Source: Macrostomum lignano (taxonomy: Eukaryota). From it: a stretch of 64,000 nt of DNA. The stretch is taken from NCBI GenBank assembly GCA_002269645.1, contig NIVC01001525.1, positions 62,001-126,000 of the forward strand, in the 5' to 3' direction. The notes under the pieces are model-generated. The model made no database searches, had not been told where the DNA came from, and saw nothing but the letters and a program-made list of their open reading frames with translations. Position numbers and translations under genes: made by a program. Position 1 is the first letter of the stretch, and each line of letters starts with the position of its first letter. Positions 13,231 to 23,932 of this stretch are shown one piece after another.

Positions 13231-13709
13231 AAATTTTGCACCTTAGTTTGAATTTCAGGTTCTTATATCGTCTCTGCTAGCGATGCTCAAGTTTGTATTA
13301 TAATGCAATTCTTTACCTAAACATGATTTACCCTTTGTTAACTAAATTATTATGGGTCTTCTGTTTTTAGTAGAAATTCTAAAACCATAAATTACTTAAC
13401 TGAGTTACTGGCTAATTGAACGTCTATGTAAGTTTTTTGCTTGCAGATATTGTCATTACATGTAGGCCACTGGCTTGATTTTAGCGAATCTCATTTTGCT
13501 TTCCGGAAGTTTTTGATGCATATAGCAAATACATAATTCTTGAATTTGTCTGATGTGTTGAAGTGAATATTATTAGGTATTTTAACCTTTGTGTTTTAAC
13601 ATAATTATGTTAATGAGCATTTCAATTTAGGCTTACATTGTTTTTATTATTTTGCACACATCTTGACTGAAGTTACATAATGCATATAATCACTATGATT
13701 CTTCCCCTG

Positions 13710-14577
13710 GATCTTTGTTTCATCCTGATTCTCACTCTGAGTCTTTGATTCATCCTGATTCTCACTCTGAGTCTTTGTTTCATTCTTACTCTCACCCTGA
13801 GTCTTTGTTTCATTCTGATTCTCACCCTGAGTCTTTGTTTCATTCTGATTCTCACCCTGAGTCTTTGTTTCATTCTGATTCTCACCCTGAGTCTTTGTTT
13901 CATTCTGATTCTAACTCTGAGTCTTTGTTTCATTCTGATTCTAACTCTGAGTCTTTGTTTCATTCTGATTCTCACCCAGAGTATTTGTTTCATCCTGATT
14001 CTCACCCTGAGTATTTGCTTCATTCTGATTCTCACCCTGAGTATTTGCTTCATTCTGATTCTAACTCTGAGTCTTTGTTTCATTCTGATTCTCACCCAGA
14101 GTATTTGTTTCATCCTGATTCTCACCCTGAGTATTTGCTTCATTCTGATTCTCACCCTGAGTATTTGCTTCATTCTGATTCTAACTCTGAGTCTTTGTTT
14201 CATTCTGATTCTAACTCTGAGTCTTTGCTTCATTCTGATTCTCACCCTGAGTATTTGCTTCATTCTGATTCTAACTCTGAGTCTTTGTTTCATTCTGATT
14301 CTCACCCTGAGTATTTGCTTCATTCTGATTCTCACCCTGAGTATTTGTTTCATTCTGATTCTAACTCTGAGTCTTTGCTTCATCCTGATTCTCACCCTGA
14401 GTATTTGCTTCATTCTGATTCTCACCCTGAGTCTTTGTTTCATTCTGATTCTAACTCTGAGTCTTTGTTTCATTCTGATTCTAACTCTGAGTCTTTGCTT
14501 CATTCTGATTCTCACCCTGAGTATTTGCTTCATTCTGATTCTCACTCTGAGTCTTTGCTTCATTCTGATTCTCACCA
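13710..14577. repeat. Minisatellite, 30-bp unit
   Basis: CTGAGTCTTTGTTTCATTCTGATTCTCACC, highly homogeneous. It explains ORFs 13673..14578 and 13715..14596. Confidence 0.97.
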
Positions 14578-14704
14578 CAAATCAGTTTTATTCTGAGTCT
14601 TTGTCTTTGACTTTGAAATTCATCCGCCTTCATGATTTGTTCGAACCGCATTGGCAGTTTGAAAAATCAATAAAAAATTATTTTAACTCGCAAAGCTACC
14701 TGAA

Positions 14705-16925
14705 ATGTCTCTGCTGTGCTCCGTGTGCAGCATCCCGCTGTCCTGGGCCATCGCAGTCGCCTCGCTAGCCTACCTGGCTTATAAAATGTTCGATCGGAAG
14801 CGCAGAGCCGACCTGGCCGACATTCCCTCAGACTGGCTTTCGGTTCTGGTCACCGGTTGCGACACCGGCTTCGGTCACCAGCTGGCCCTGCGTCTGGCTG
14901 GCAAGGGCTGGTGCGTCCTGGCCGGCTGCCTCACCCAGGCCGCTGTGGACAAGTTCTCGGCCATGGGCAATCAAAATCTGGTCCCGATTCGGATGGATGT
15001 CACTGACGAGGAGTCGGTGAAGTCTGCCGTAGCGAAGGCGGAAGTGGCGTTGAAAGACCGCAAGCTGTGCGGCCTGTGGGGCGTGGTTAACAACGCTGGC
15101 ATCAGCGGCAGCAGGATCGGCCCGACAGAGTTCCTCAGCGCCGACGATTTTCATCAGGTGTTTGCCGTTAATGTCTTCGGAATCGCTAACGTGACCAGGT
15201 GAATGCTTGATCTAGCCAATGCAGCAATGTGCCAAAATGGTGCATGTAGGGTAACCCATGTGACTCCCTTACGCCACGACACCCGTAAATGAGTTTTCAC
15301 AGCTACATGTGTCTGGTGGGGGCCGCAACCCAGAGATCTAACGCGGAGCTTCTATGTGCCAGCGGCCCAGGCTCGATTCCAAGTGCAGTCACATTAATTT
15401 GGGGCTGAATTGGAATCTCGGCTTGGCTCTGTTCGTGCAATTAACGGCCTTGAGAGCCAACCCCCCAAGGCGCAGTGAAGTGTACATGTCTAACGATAAA
15501 TAAAGTTAGGGCCGCTGTACACTCCTGTGTGAGTGTGTGCCTGTACGTATGACTGCGTACGACATTGCCTGTCGCCGGTTGTGACAATGCGCCCTGCCTT
15601 TATTTGTAATAAAAACATGACTGATCTCTGTAAAACTTGCTCGCAGGTCTTTCCTGCCACTGATGAGGCGCCTGCCAGCAGGCCGGCTGGTGAACACCTC
15701 CAGCATCTTTGGCCGATTCGCCTCGCCCGGGGCTGCGCCGTATTGCGCCTCCAAGTTTGCTGTGCAGGTGAGCGAATCTGTGAGAATAGCCTTAGCCGGC
15801 AGCTGGTCATCATTGAACTCTGTATTAGTGTGAAGCTGTAAATGAAGATCTAGGAAATATTATTATTATTATTATTAATGATGCTAGCGAGCACTCGATG
15901 TTTGAAGAGGCTGGGGGAGCAGTCAGTGGCGGTCAAGGGGGTCAGGCCGATGCTCAGCAGGTCCTCCGTCAGAGTGGCCCGCAGGTGGTTGTGTGGGCGC
16001 TTGGCCTCGGCGTAGGGGCTCCATTGGGTTGGCATCAGCATCAGGGTTGGCCAGAGAGAATTAAGGCCACCCGCCGACCATGGCTACGGAGGCAGCGGCC
16101 CACCTGGAGCAGTCGGCGTCCAGAGCAGCAGAGCGAGTTTCCGTGATGGGGACCGCCTCCAGCCCATAGAGCAGGATGTGCTCCACGGCTACCCTGAACA
16201 TCCGGATCTCAGTGTTGCCAGTGGTGCTGAAGTTGAAAATCTGTTATGACAATTGGTCGCATGATCGGGACGCCCGGGGACTTAAACTCCTGGCAGACGG
16301 TATTGTCAGAGTCGAGGTAGTCTCAGATGAAGCACCTTGGTCTTTTTGACGCTAATCTGCAAAAGAGCGTCAAGATGTGATGTACGATTTTAGATGTGAA
16401 AAATGGTAAAAATTAGACAGGGTAGCTTTCAAAGCTTAAGTATTTGGATTCAGGAGCGCTTGCTGCTGATCAAGACGTCACTGCGGCTCCTTGAATGCCG
16501 ACGCCATCCCGCAGGCCCTCAGCGACTGCTACCGTCGCGAACTGCGCCAGTTCGGCATTCGGGTGTCGTGCATCGAGCCCGGCTTCCACCGGACGCCCAT
16601 CACCGACAAGGCCGCGCTGACCCGCGCCGTCAACCTCGGCTATCAGGACGCCCCGGCGGAGCTCAGGGACGCCTACGGAGAGTCGTTTCGTCGCGAGAGT
16701 GTCGACCGGCTTGACGACCTGCTTCGGTTCTGCTCGGACAGGCTGGACAAAGTTGTCGACGCGTACGAGGAGGCGCTGACTTCGAAGCATCCGCGCTGCC
16801 GGCACATGATTGGCTGGGATGCGAAGCTTCTCTATTGGCCTCTGGCTGTGTTGCCCGAGTGCATCGGAGATACCCTGTTGGCGTTGAGGCTGCCCAGGGC
16901 CGCCAAGGCGAGGAAAAGTGCTTGA
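14705..16925 (+). CDS. Short-chain dehydrogenase/reductase (retinol/17-beta-HSD6-like), complete, 3 exons, 341 aa
   Basis: Exons 14705-15198, 15647-15767 and 16515-16925 (1026 nt, phases consistent). Has an N-terminal hydrophobic anchor, VLVTGCDTGFG (NAD-binding), GLWGVVNNAGI, catalytic YCASK and IEPGFHRT. Confidence 0.93.
15320..15600 (+). mobile_element. tRNA-derived SINE copy in SDR intron 1
   Basis: B-box-like GGCTCGATTCC followed by the body shared with the 20525-20806 and 39871-40090 copies. Confidence 0.72.
15858..16330 (-). mobile_element. 5'-truncated, degenerate RTE-like LINE 3' end in SDR intron 2
   Basis: The minus strand translates NTEIRMFRVAVEHILLYGLEAVPITETR, resembling the post-RT KIRLFxAxVESxLLYGxExW motif of RTE-clade LINEs. 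It ends in a (TAA)n tail at 15858-15876. Confidence 0.68.
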
Positions 16926-17285
16926 GATGATTAGCTGTATGAAAATTCTATAGTGGACTACTTAAAGTAGAACGGTGCCGAACTGATTAAAAAATAATTT
17001 GACCTTGAATGAATGATTGGTAAAGAATTAAATGTGCTATTTTTTGCTGAAAGATTTTCTTCCATTGATTTTTAACTATAACTATTATTTTTATACCGCA
17101 AAACACGTTTTAACTACTGTTGTGTCTCTGTCAGATGATTCCTATTGAAATCAACGCTAATTCGCCAATCTGGTAGAATGGCTTGCCAAATTTTTCGTAG
17201 TAACTTTTTGAAGAACCCAAAAAAAACAAGAATGACTTTTGTATTTTGGTAATTATTTTATAACTAAGCTACTCAATCTAGAGAT

Positions 17286-17470
17286 TGCAGCCTAGTATTT
17301 AGAGTGTCGAATTCACAACTGAAAGGTCGGGGGTTCGATTCTCCCGACGACCCTTTCAGTCCTTGGACTGAAAAGCCGTATGCAGCCTTCAGATGCGCCG
17401 CGCAAAAGCTGCGGCTGAGCTGTCGGTTGCACATCTGGCCTTAAGGGCAGGTGTAATCAATTGTAATTAT
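17286..17470 (+). mobile_element. Possible second tRNA-derived SINE (or tRNA pseudogene)
   Basis: A-box-like GCAGCCTAGTATTTAG, anticodon-loop-like TTCACAA and B-box GGGTTCGATTCTCC. The acceptor stem does not pair. Single copy in the window. Confidence 0.45.
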
Positions 17471-17700
17471 ATTGATTCTTTATTAGGATACTCTTAAGAA
17501 CGCACAACCCTGATGGGGTTTCGCCATAGACAAATATGAGTTCCTTACCGGCGCTCGTTGCATAGCCGACTGCGCGCCGCCTTCAAGATCGGCGACGAGC
17601 GAGTTTTCAACGCTCCTGCCTGGTCCGTCCAAGCAGGGTACATGATCCGAGGCGAGTCCTGATTTTCTAAAAACCCTCACTATAATAGTGACAATAGTTA

Positions 17701-18549
17701 CGAGGGGTGTCCGGAAAATAGTGTTGCTTTTACTTGTAGCGGACGTTTTAAATTAATTTGCAATTACACAAGTTTGTTGTAGTTTGAAAGCAGAAAGTCT
17801 GTTCTTTAAAATGATTTAAACTGCGATCCATTTGGATGTGTACTTTAAGAGATGTGCGCTTAAATAGAAGGAGATCAGTCGTAGACTTACAGAACCTAGG
17901 AGATCGGTCCAGCTTCATGTCCCCAGTGAGCCGTCAGGGAACCCAACGGGCACTCAGCTTGACTTGAATCATCTTCTGCAGACAATTTTTAGCTCTGGAC
18001 TTCGAACAATCCGGTCTATCGGCTATATGTATTTCACAGATGCTTTGGCGGCAGCATTCATCGATCAAGTCGAGAATGAGATCCATTAGGCAGCTGCTGT
18101 TATGGATCTCATGTGGCGTCCTGACCTTATCATGTCGCTCAACGTCAGTTCTTTCACCCTTGAACTCGTTCACCCGCCTGTTCACCCTCATCTTGCTGAG
18201 CCAATGGTCGCCATGCCCAGTCTTTGAATGCGCACTCATTTGATGATTGACGGATGAAAATTGAGCAACAGATATTTTTCTGCTTAAATTGTGCAGCCGT
18301 GGTTTTGCGTGAGCTTTTCACTATGTCGCTTCTGACCAAAATCAACTCATTCACGCTAAAAATATCGCGATTGCATGTAAGTCTACAAACGATCTCCCTG
18401 TACTCAAGTACACATATCTCTTAAAATAAACACCCAAATCGATCGCAGTTTAAGTCATTTTAAAGAAGAGATTTGCCGATTTTAACGACATCAAACTTAT
18501 CATACGTCCGCTGCAAGTAAAAGTAACACTATTTTTCCGGACACCCTCG
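17701..18549 (-). mobile_element. Internally deleted mariner element with long imperfect TIRs and TA TSD
   Basis: TA|CGAGGGGTGTCCGGAAAATAGTG... at 17699 and its inverse ...CACTATTTTTCCGGACACCCTCG|TA at 18551. Minus-strand frameshifted remnants of the transposase N-terminus (FKGERTDVERHDKVRTP, LSARWVP); no catalytic domain. Confidence 0.88.
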
Positions 18550-19251
18550 TAGCATAAAAATCAACCGATCGTGAGAATATCTTAACGGCCTCAGCTATTC
18601 GTATAGCGGATCACATGGCAGCAGTTGTGTTTGCAAAAAGTTTAAATATTTCTAACCGGCGAAGTTTCCACCGAAGCATGGCAGTTTGTTGCAATATACC
18701 AGAGAAGCAATCTCCGGGTTGTGAAATGTGCTCAGTTGAGCTGATTCTGGTAGCTGCTCTAGCTGGATGGCTGTTGCATTTCTACTGCTGCTGCATGAGT
18801 GGCTTTAGTGAGACTGAACTGCCAGTAAGTATTGTAAAAACTTTTTTGCCTGTCGCTGACGCAGTCCAACGGTCAACAACAATGACTTGTTTTTCCATTT
18901 TTAACAAAAACGCAGCCGATGCTTTTTGTCAATTTTTGCGTGCCAGCAGATTCCTTCATCCCTGATTCCGGTGCCTGGGATAGAAGGCTTCCTGCCCTCG
19001 CACACTCTGCTCTTGCTCAAGTAGCCAATACTCGTACTCTCACCACTTGTACAGGTAGCAGAGTGCGCAAGCATCCGTTATCTCATCTTTCAAGCCAATA
19101 GAATAAACTGTTTTCGGTTGCTCCATAGCCATGGTAATTTGAGCATCTCAGATGGGACAAGTTTATAAAAACAAGGCACGAGTCGGCCGCTGCTGGTGAC
19201 GAGCTATCAAAATATTCACGAACTTCGACTGCCTTGACGGATGAATTGGAA

Positions 19252-20456
19252 ATGCGGCTGACGCAAACAAGGGAGTTCTGCAGCATCCTGGCAGCCATGC
19301 TGACGCTACCGCAGGTGGCGCTCTCTGAGCAGCAACTGCCAGCCCTGAAGCTGATCAGCAGGTGTCCATCCCACTCGAGCCTGCCAGAGTTGACCTCCGT
19401 ACCGTCTGCCAGCGACCTGTTCGAGTGCGCTATAAAATGCGCCATGTCGGAGCTCTGCTCAGTGATGTACCTCTCCGGAGCCCAGACTGTCTTTTACCAT
19501 GCCAACACCCAGCAGCTGAGCGCCATGCTGCAGAGCAACGGCTCTGGTGAGTCCAGCGAGTGCGCCAGCTACTCCAAGGAGCTGCCAATGCTATCTGAAG
19601 CTCCAACCACCGAGCCAACGACAACTGAAGCTCCAACCACCGAGCCAACAACAACCGAAGCTCCAACCACCGACCCAACAACAACTGAAGCTCCAACCAC
19701 CGAGCCAACAACAACCGAAGCTCCAACCACCGCTCCGACGGCTCCAGCTCAAACTGCGACAACCAGTTCTGCGGTCCCTCAAATTCCTGGCCTAAGCAGA
19801 AACCTAACTTCTAAACTGCTCATTCTGTTCGACTTCAGGCAGGGCTACACAAACCTGGTGAACCCAGATAAGTACCTGGCCACTCTGAACGGCTCTGTCA
19901 CTCGGGACTCTCAGGGTGCATATTTTCGAGGCCATCCTAGCGACTTCATCCATGTTGACAACGACAACGACACGCTTGTGTCCGGCTTTCTGACAGCTGC
20001 CAATGACTTTACCTTCTTCGCCAGGCTGACCCGTCAAACAACCAATGTGCAAAACTATCACTGTTTTTTGAGCGAGATGGGAGCGGTCGGCTCTGGTCTT
20101 TTCTTTGATCAGAATGGTCGTCTTGGCGTCGATCACCTGTCCTCCGCTTTTGTGAAGGTGTCCCAGTTGACCGGCTCAGCTATAATGTTAGCCGACAACA
20201 CTGTGCAGCTGGTTTTAGTTGGAGCCGTCTTCAATGCAGGAACTCTTACCACATTTTATTTCGATGGATCATTTATTGGCGACGGACTCGCTTCGACGAT
20301 GCACCCCCCAAGGTTTTCCCGTTAGCCTGCTACTCGGCTACTGGGTTGACAGTAGCGGTGCCCTTCGGGGGCCGCATGATCTGCTATGCCATCGCCAAGG
20401 AGGCGCTCACCGAGACGGATTTGCAGCAGCTGGACAGCTTCTGCCAGAGTGTTTGA
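19252..20456 (+). CDS. Secreted PAN/Apple-mucin-LamG-like protein, paralog 1 (two +1 homopolymer frameshifts near the 3' end)
   Basis: Intronless. Signal peptide MRLTQTREFCSILAAMLTLPQVALS, Cys-pattern domain, 4 EAPTTEPTTT units and a LamG-like domain. The paralog 2 C-terminus is recovered by removing one C (~20305) and one G (~20370). Confidence 0.78.
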
Positions 20457-20524
20457 ACTGATTGATTGTGATCGAGAGACTGAACAGTCCACCATCTCTG
20501 CGATTCTCTGACATGTTGACATGA

Positions 20525-20806
20525 GGCAGGAACCCTGACGAACTTTAGGCGACATTGTCGCACAACCGGCGAGAGGCATTACTGCCCATGCCGCCGACTC
20601 CTCTGAGCAGGCGCACACGCACACGGGAGTGTACAGCGGCCCTAGCTTTATTTATTGTTCGACATGTACACTTCACTGTGCTTTGAGGGTCGGCCCTCAA
20701 GCCGAGATTCCAATTTATCCCCAAATTAATGTGACTGCACCTGAAATCGAGCCTGGGGTCCCTGACACATAAGAGCGCCGCGTGAGACCACTAGACTACG
20801 GCGCTC
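20525..20806 (-). mobile_element. tRNA-derived SINE, most complete copy
   Basis: The minus strand begins GAGCGCCGTAGTCTAGTGGTCTCACGCGGCGCTC...GGCTCGATTTC (A box TAGTCTAGTGG, B box), then the body shared with the other copies. Confidence 0.75.
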
Positions 20807-20859
20807 AACTCCTTGACATGTACTTTTATGTTCTTTATCACTGCATCCCATAACCTTCT

Positions 20860-21690
20860 ACTGTCTTTTATTGCATCTCACCCTCTCTCAATGTCTCAAA
20901 TTGCATCTCACCCTCTCCCAATATCTCCCATTGCATCCCACCCTCTCCCAATGTCTCCCATTGCATCTCACCCTCTCCTAATATCTCCTATTGCATCTCA
21001 CACTCTCCTAATATCTCCTATTGCATCTCACCCTCTCCTTTTATCTCCTGTTGCATCTCACCTTCTCCTAATGTCTCCCATTGCATCCCACGCTTTCCTA
21101 AAGTTTCTCATTGCATCTAAGCCTCTCCCAAGTTCTCCAATTGTATCCCACCCTCTCCTAATATCTCCTTTTGCATCTCACCCTCTCCTAATATCTCCCA
21201 TTGCATCTCACCCTCTCCTAATATCTCCCATTGCATCCCACTCACTATCTCCCAACGTCTCCTTTTGCATCTCACCCTCTCCTGATATCTTCCATTGCAT
21301 CTCACCTTCCCCTAATATCTCCCATTGCATCTCACCCTCTCCCAATATCTCGCATTACATCTCACCCTCTCCTAATATTTCCTATTGCATCTCACCCTCT
21401 CTTAATATCTCCTATTGCATCTCACCCTCTCCTAATATTTCCTATTGCATCTCACCCTCTCTTAATATCTCCTATTGCATCCCACCATCTCCCAATATCT
21501 CCTATTGCATCTCACCCTTTCCCAATATCTCCCATTGCATCCCACCCTCTCCCAGTATCTCTTATTGCATCTCACCCTTTCCCAATATCTCCCATTGCAT
21601 CTTCATCTCTCCTAATATCTACCATTGCATCTCACCCTCTCCCAATATCTCCTATTGCATCCCACCCTTTCTCAAAGTCTACTATTGCAT
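20860..21690. repeat. Minisatellite, 30-bp unit
   Basis: TTGCATCTCACCCTCTCCTAATATCTCCCA units. Confidence 0.95.
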
Positions 21691-22159
21691 TCCATCAGCT
21701 CCTTCTGTCTCTTGTATCAAATAAATGCTCCAGCAGTGCAACAAACTTAGTCCAAGCAATCAATTGAGTAGTTATTAAACTCTTAAATGTCTGCTTGTTC
21801 AGTTTTTTCCTATTATCTTTCTACTAATTATCGTCTAGAATCGATACGAGTTGAAGTTTGTGACTGTAGAATAATCTGCTGCCTGATTCTCAATACAATT
21901 CGTGTGATTTGGTGTAATAAAGTAGATACTAGTAGTGAATACTTGCGAGAATCATATCTCTTGTTTCTAAATCTTACTCCTGTTTTATTATTTCAAAAAA
22001 TAACAGAATCATTCTCTATATATTTCCTAACTTTTTTGAGAATCTCAGAAGTTCACGTTTGTTCTCATCTCTAAAACTTGTTTCTGATGATCCCGAAGAA
22101 TGAGCCTAAAAAGCAAACAGTGCCTATAGCAGGTAGCTTGTCTGTAAGGTGGAAAGCGG

Positions 22160-23060
22160 TAGATGTTGCATGAGATTAGATATGGAATCATCTAGATGTT
22201 GCTTGAGGTTAGATATGGAATCATCTAGATGTTGTATGAGATTAGATATAGAGTCATCTAGATGTTGCTAGAGATTAGATATGGAATCATCTAGATGTTG
22301 CTTGAGGTTAGATATGGAATCATCTAGATGTTGTATGAGATTAGATATAGAGTCATCTAGATGTTGCATGAGATTAGATATGGAATCATCTAGATGTTGC
22401 ATGAGATTAGATATAGAATCATCTAGATGTTGCTTGAGATTAGATATGGAATCATCTAGATGTTGCATGAGATTAGATATGGAATCATCTAGATATATTG
22501 CTTGAGATTAGATATGGAATCATCTAGGTGTTGCATGAGATTAGATATGGAATCATCTAGATATATTGCATGAGATTAGATATTGAATCATCTAGATGTA
22601 GCATGAGATTAGATATAGAATCATCTGGATGTAGCATGAGATTAGATATAGAATCATCTAGGTGTTTCATGAGATTAGATATGGAATAATCTAGATGTTG
22701 CATGAGATTGAAAATGGAATCAGTCAGATGTTGCATGAGATTAGAGATGGAATCAACCATAGGTAAGGGGAGATTAGAGATGGAATTAACCAGATGTAGT
22801 GTGAGATTAGAGATGGAATCAGGAAGGTGTAGGGTGAGATTAGAGATGGAATCAGCCAGATGTAGGATGAGATTAGAGATGGAATTAGCCAGATGTAGTT
22901 TGGAATTAGACATGGAGTCAGCAAAGTTTAGGGTGATATTAGGGACGGAATCAGCCAGATGTTGTGTGAGATTAGACATGGAGTCAGCAAAGTTTAGGGT
23001 GATATTAGGGACGGAATCAGCCAGATGTAGTGTGAGATTAGGCATGGAATCTGCAAGGTG
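22160..23060. repeat. Minisatellite, 33-bp unit, diverging toward the right
   Basis: TAGATGTTGCATGAGATTAGATATGGAATCATC; the units after ~22700 are progressively more diverged. Confidence 0.94.
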
Positions 23061-23932
23061 TAGGGTGACCACTATTTTAGCTACTATGAGTAGTATTGAT
23101 ATAGTTTCATTTATAGCAATGGTTTTCTGTCAACACACTGGTCACCGGTCACTAAAAACAGTCGTGTTAGAATGAACGCCACTTTATACTACAGCATGCA
23201 ATACCTACTATTACACTACTGCAAAAATCATCAACTGAATCAGAAACTCAGCCACACTACACTCATATTGCGTGCAATTAAAAGTCAAACTGAATCGTAG
23301 CTTTCTGTCGACTTTTTGAGCTCATTTTTGACACCCTCTGTTCCCGACGACAAACAGCTTTTAAGGAGAGCAGAATGAGTCTTCTGCAACACTGGCACTG
23401 GGATACAGGCGTACGCACTTAAGCTCTCTCTCTCGACAAGCCAACCAACACTCAGCAGTAGCGAGAGACAATTACTAGCTTCATTGACTTCTCTAAAGAG
23501 TTAACTTTCAATAAGAAAAGCTGCATCCTACAGTCAGCGATAATTGATTTTTGTTACTTACCTCCTTCGCTTAGAGCCTGTGGTAAAACACTTTCAAAAG
23601 GTGTCTTCCCGTGCTACTTTTCCAAGAAAGACAGCTCTAACCCAGGTTCCATTGTTTGCAAGTTGCGCCACTTAGTGTACAGTACCGTCGATTCTACCTG
23701 TGTTTGATTAGAGCCCGCGCTACCCGTCTGTCTTCTCTCCAACCAATAAGAAGCCACTGTTATCAAACGCTTCATAGAAACCGGTTTGAGAATCTGAGAT
23801 GAAAATAATTCGTCACCCTACTCCAAAGACCACTGGAAGGAGTGACATCCCACACTAGGAAACAGACACCTTGCTCAGCGGCTTCTAAAAAAGTTTCTGA
23901 AAACCTATATTATTCTATTAACTCCGTTTACA

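Noticed and set aside
8998-14596. ORFs of 190-300 aa over the 17-, 7-, 23- and 30-bp arrays
   Set aside because: Periodic peptides in multiple frames, with no splice or domain support.
18615-19101. Possible small secreted-protein exons (MCSVELILVAALAGWLL...CCA|GTAAGT)
   Set aside because: A hydrophobic stretch and a good donor exist, but the best downstream acceptor gives only a short featureless peptide; insufficient support.
3430-21690. Systematic C/T strand bias of minisatellites following transcription direction
   Set aside because: Several arrays are pyrimidine-rich on +, but those at 1-1258, 1690-2830, 22160 and 31608 are not, so there is no consistent rule.
23340-23500. LINE reverse-transcriptase relic (…SFIDFSK…)
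   Set aside because: Needs several frameshifts to assemble the motif; too degenerate to call without a search.
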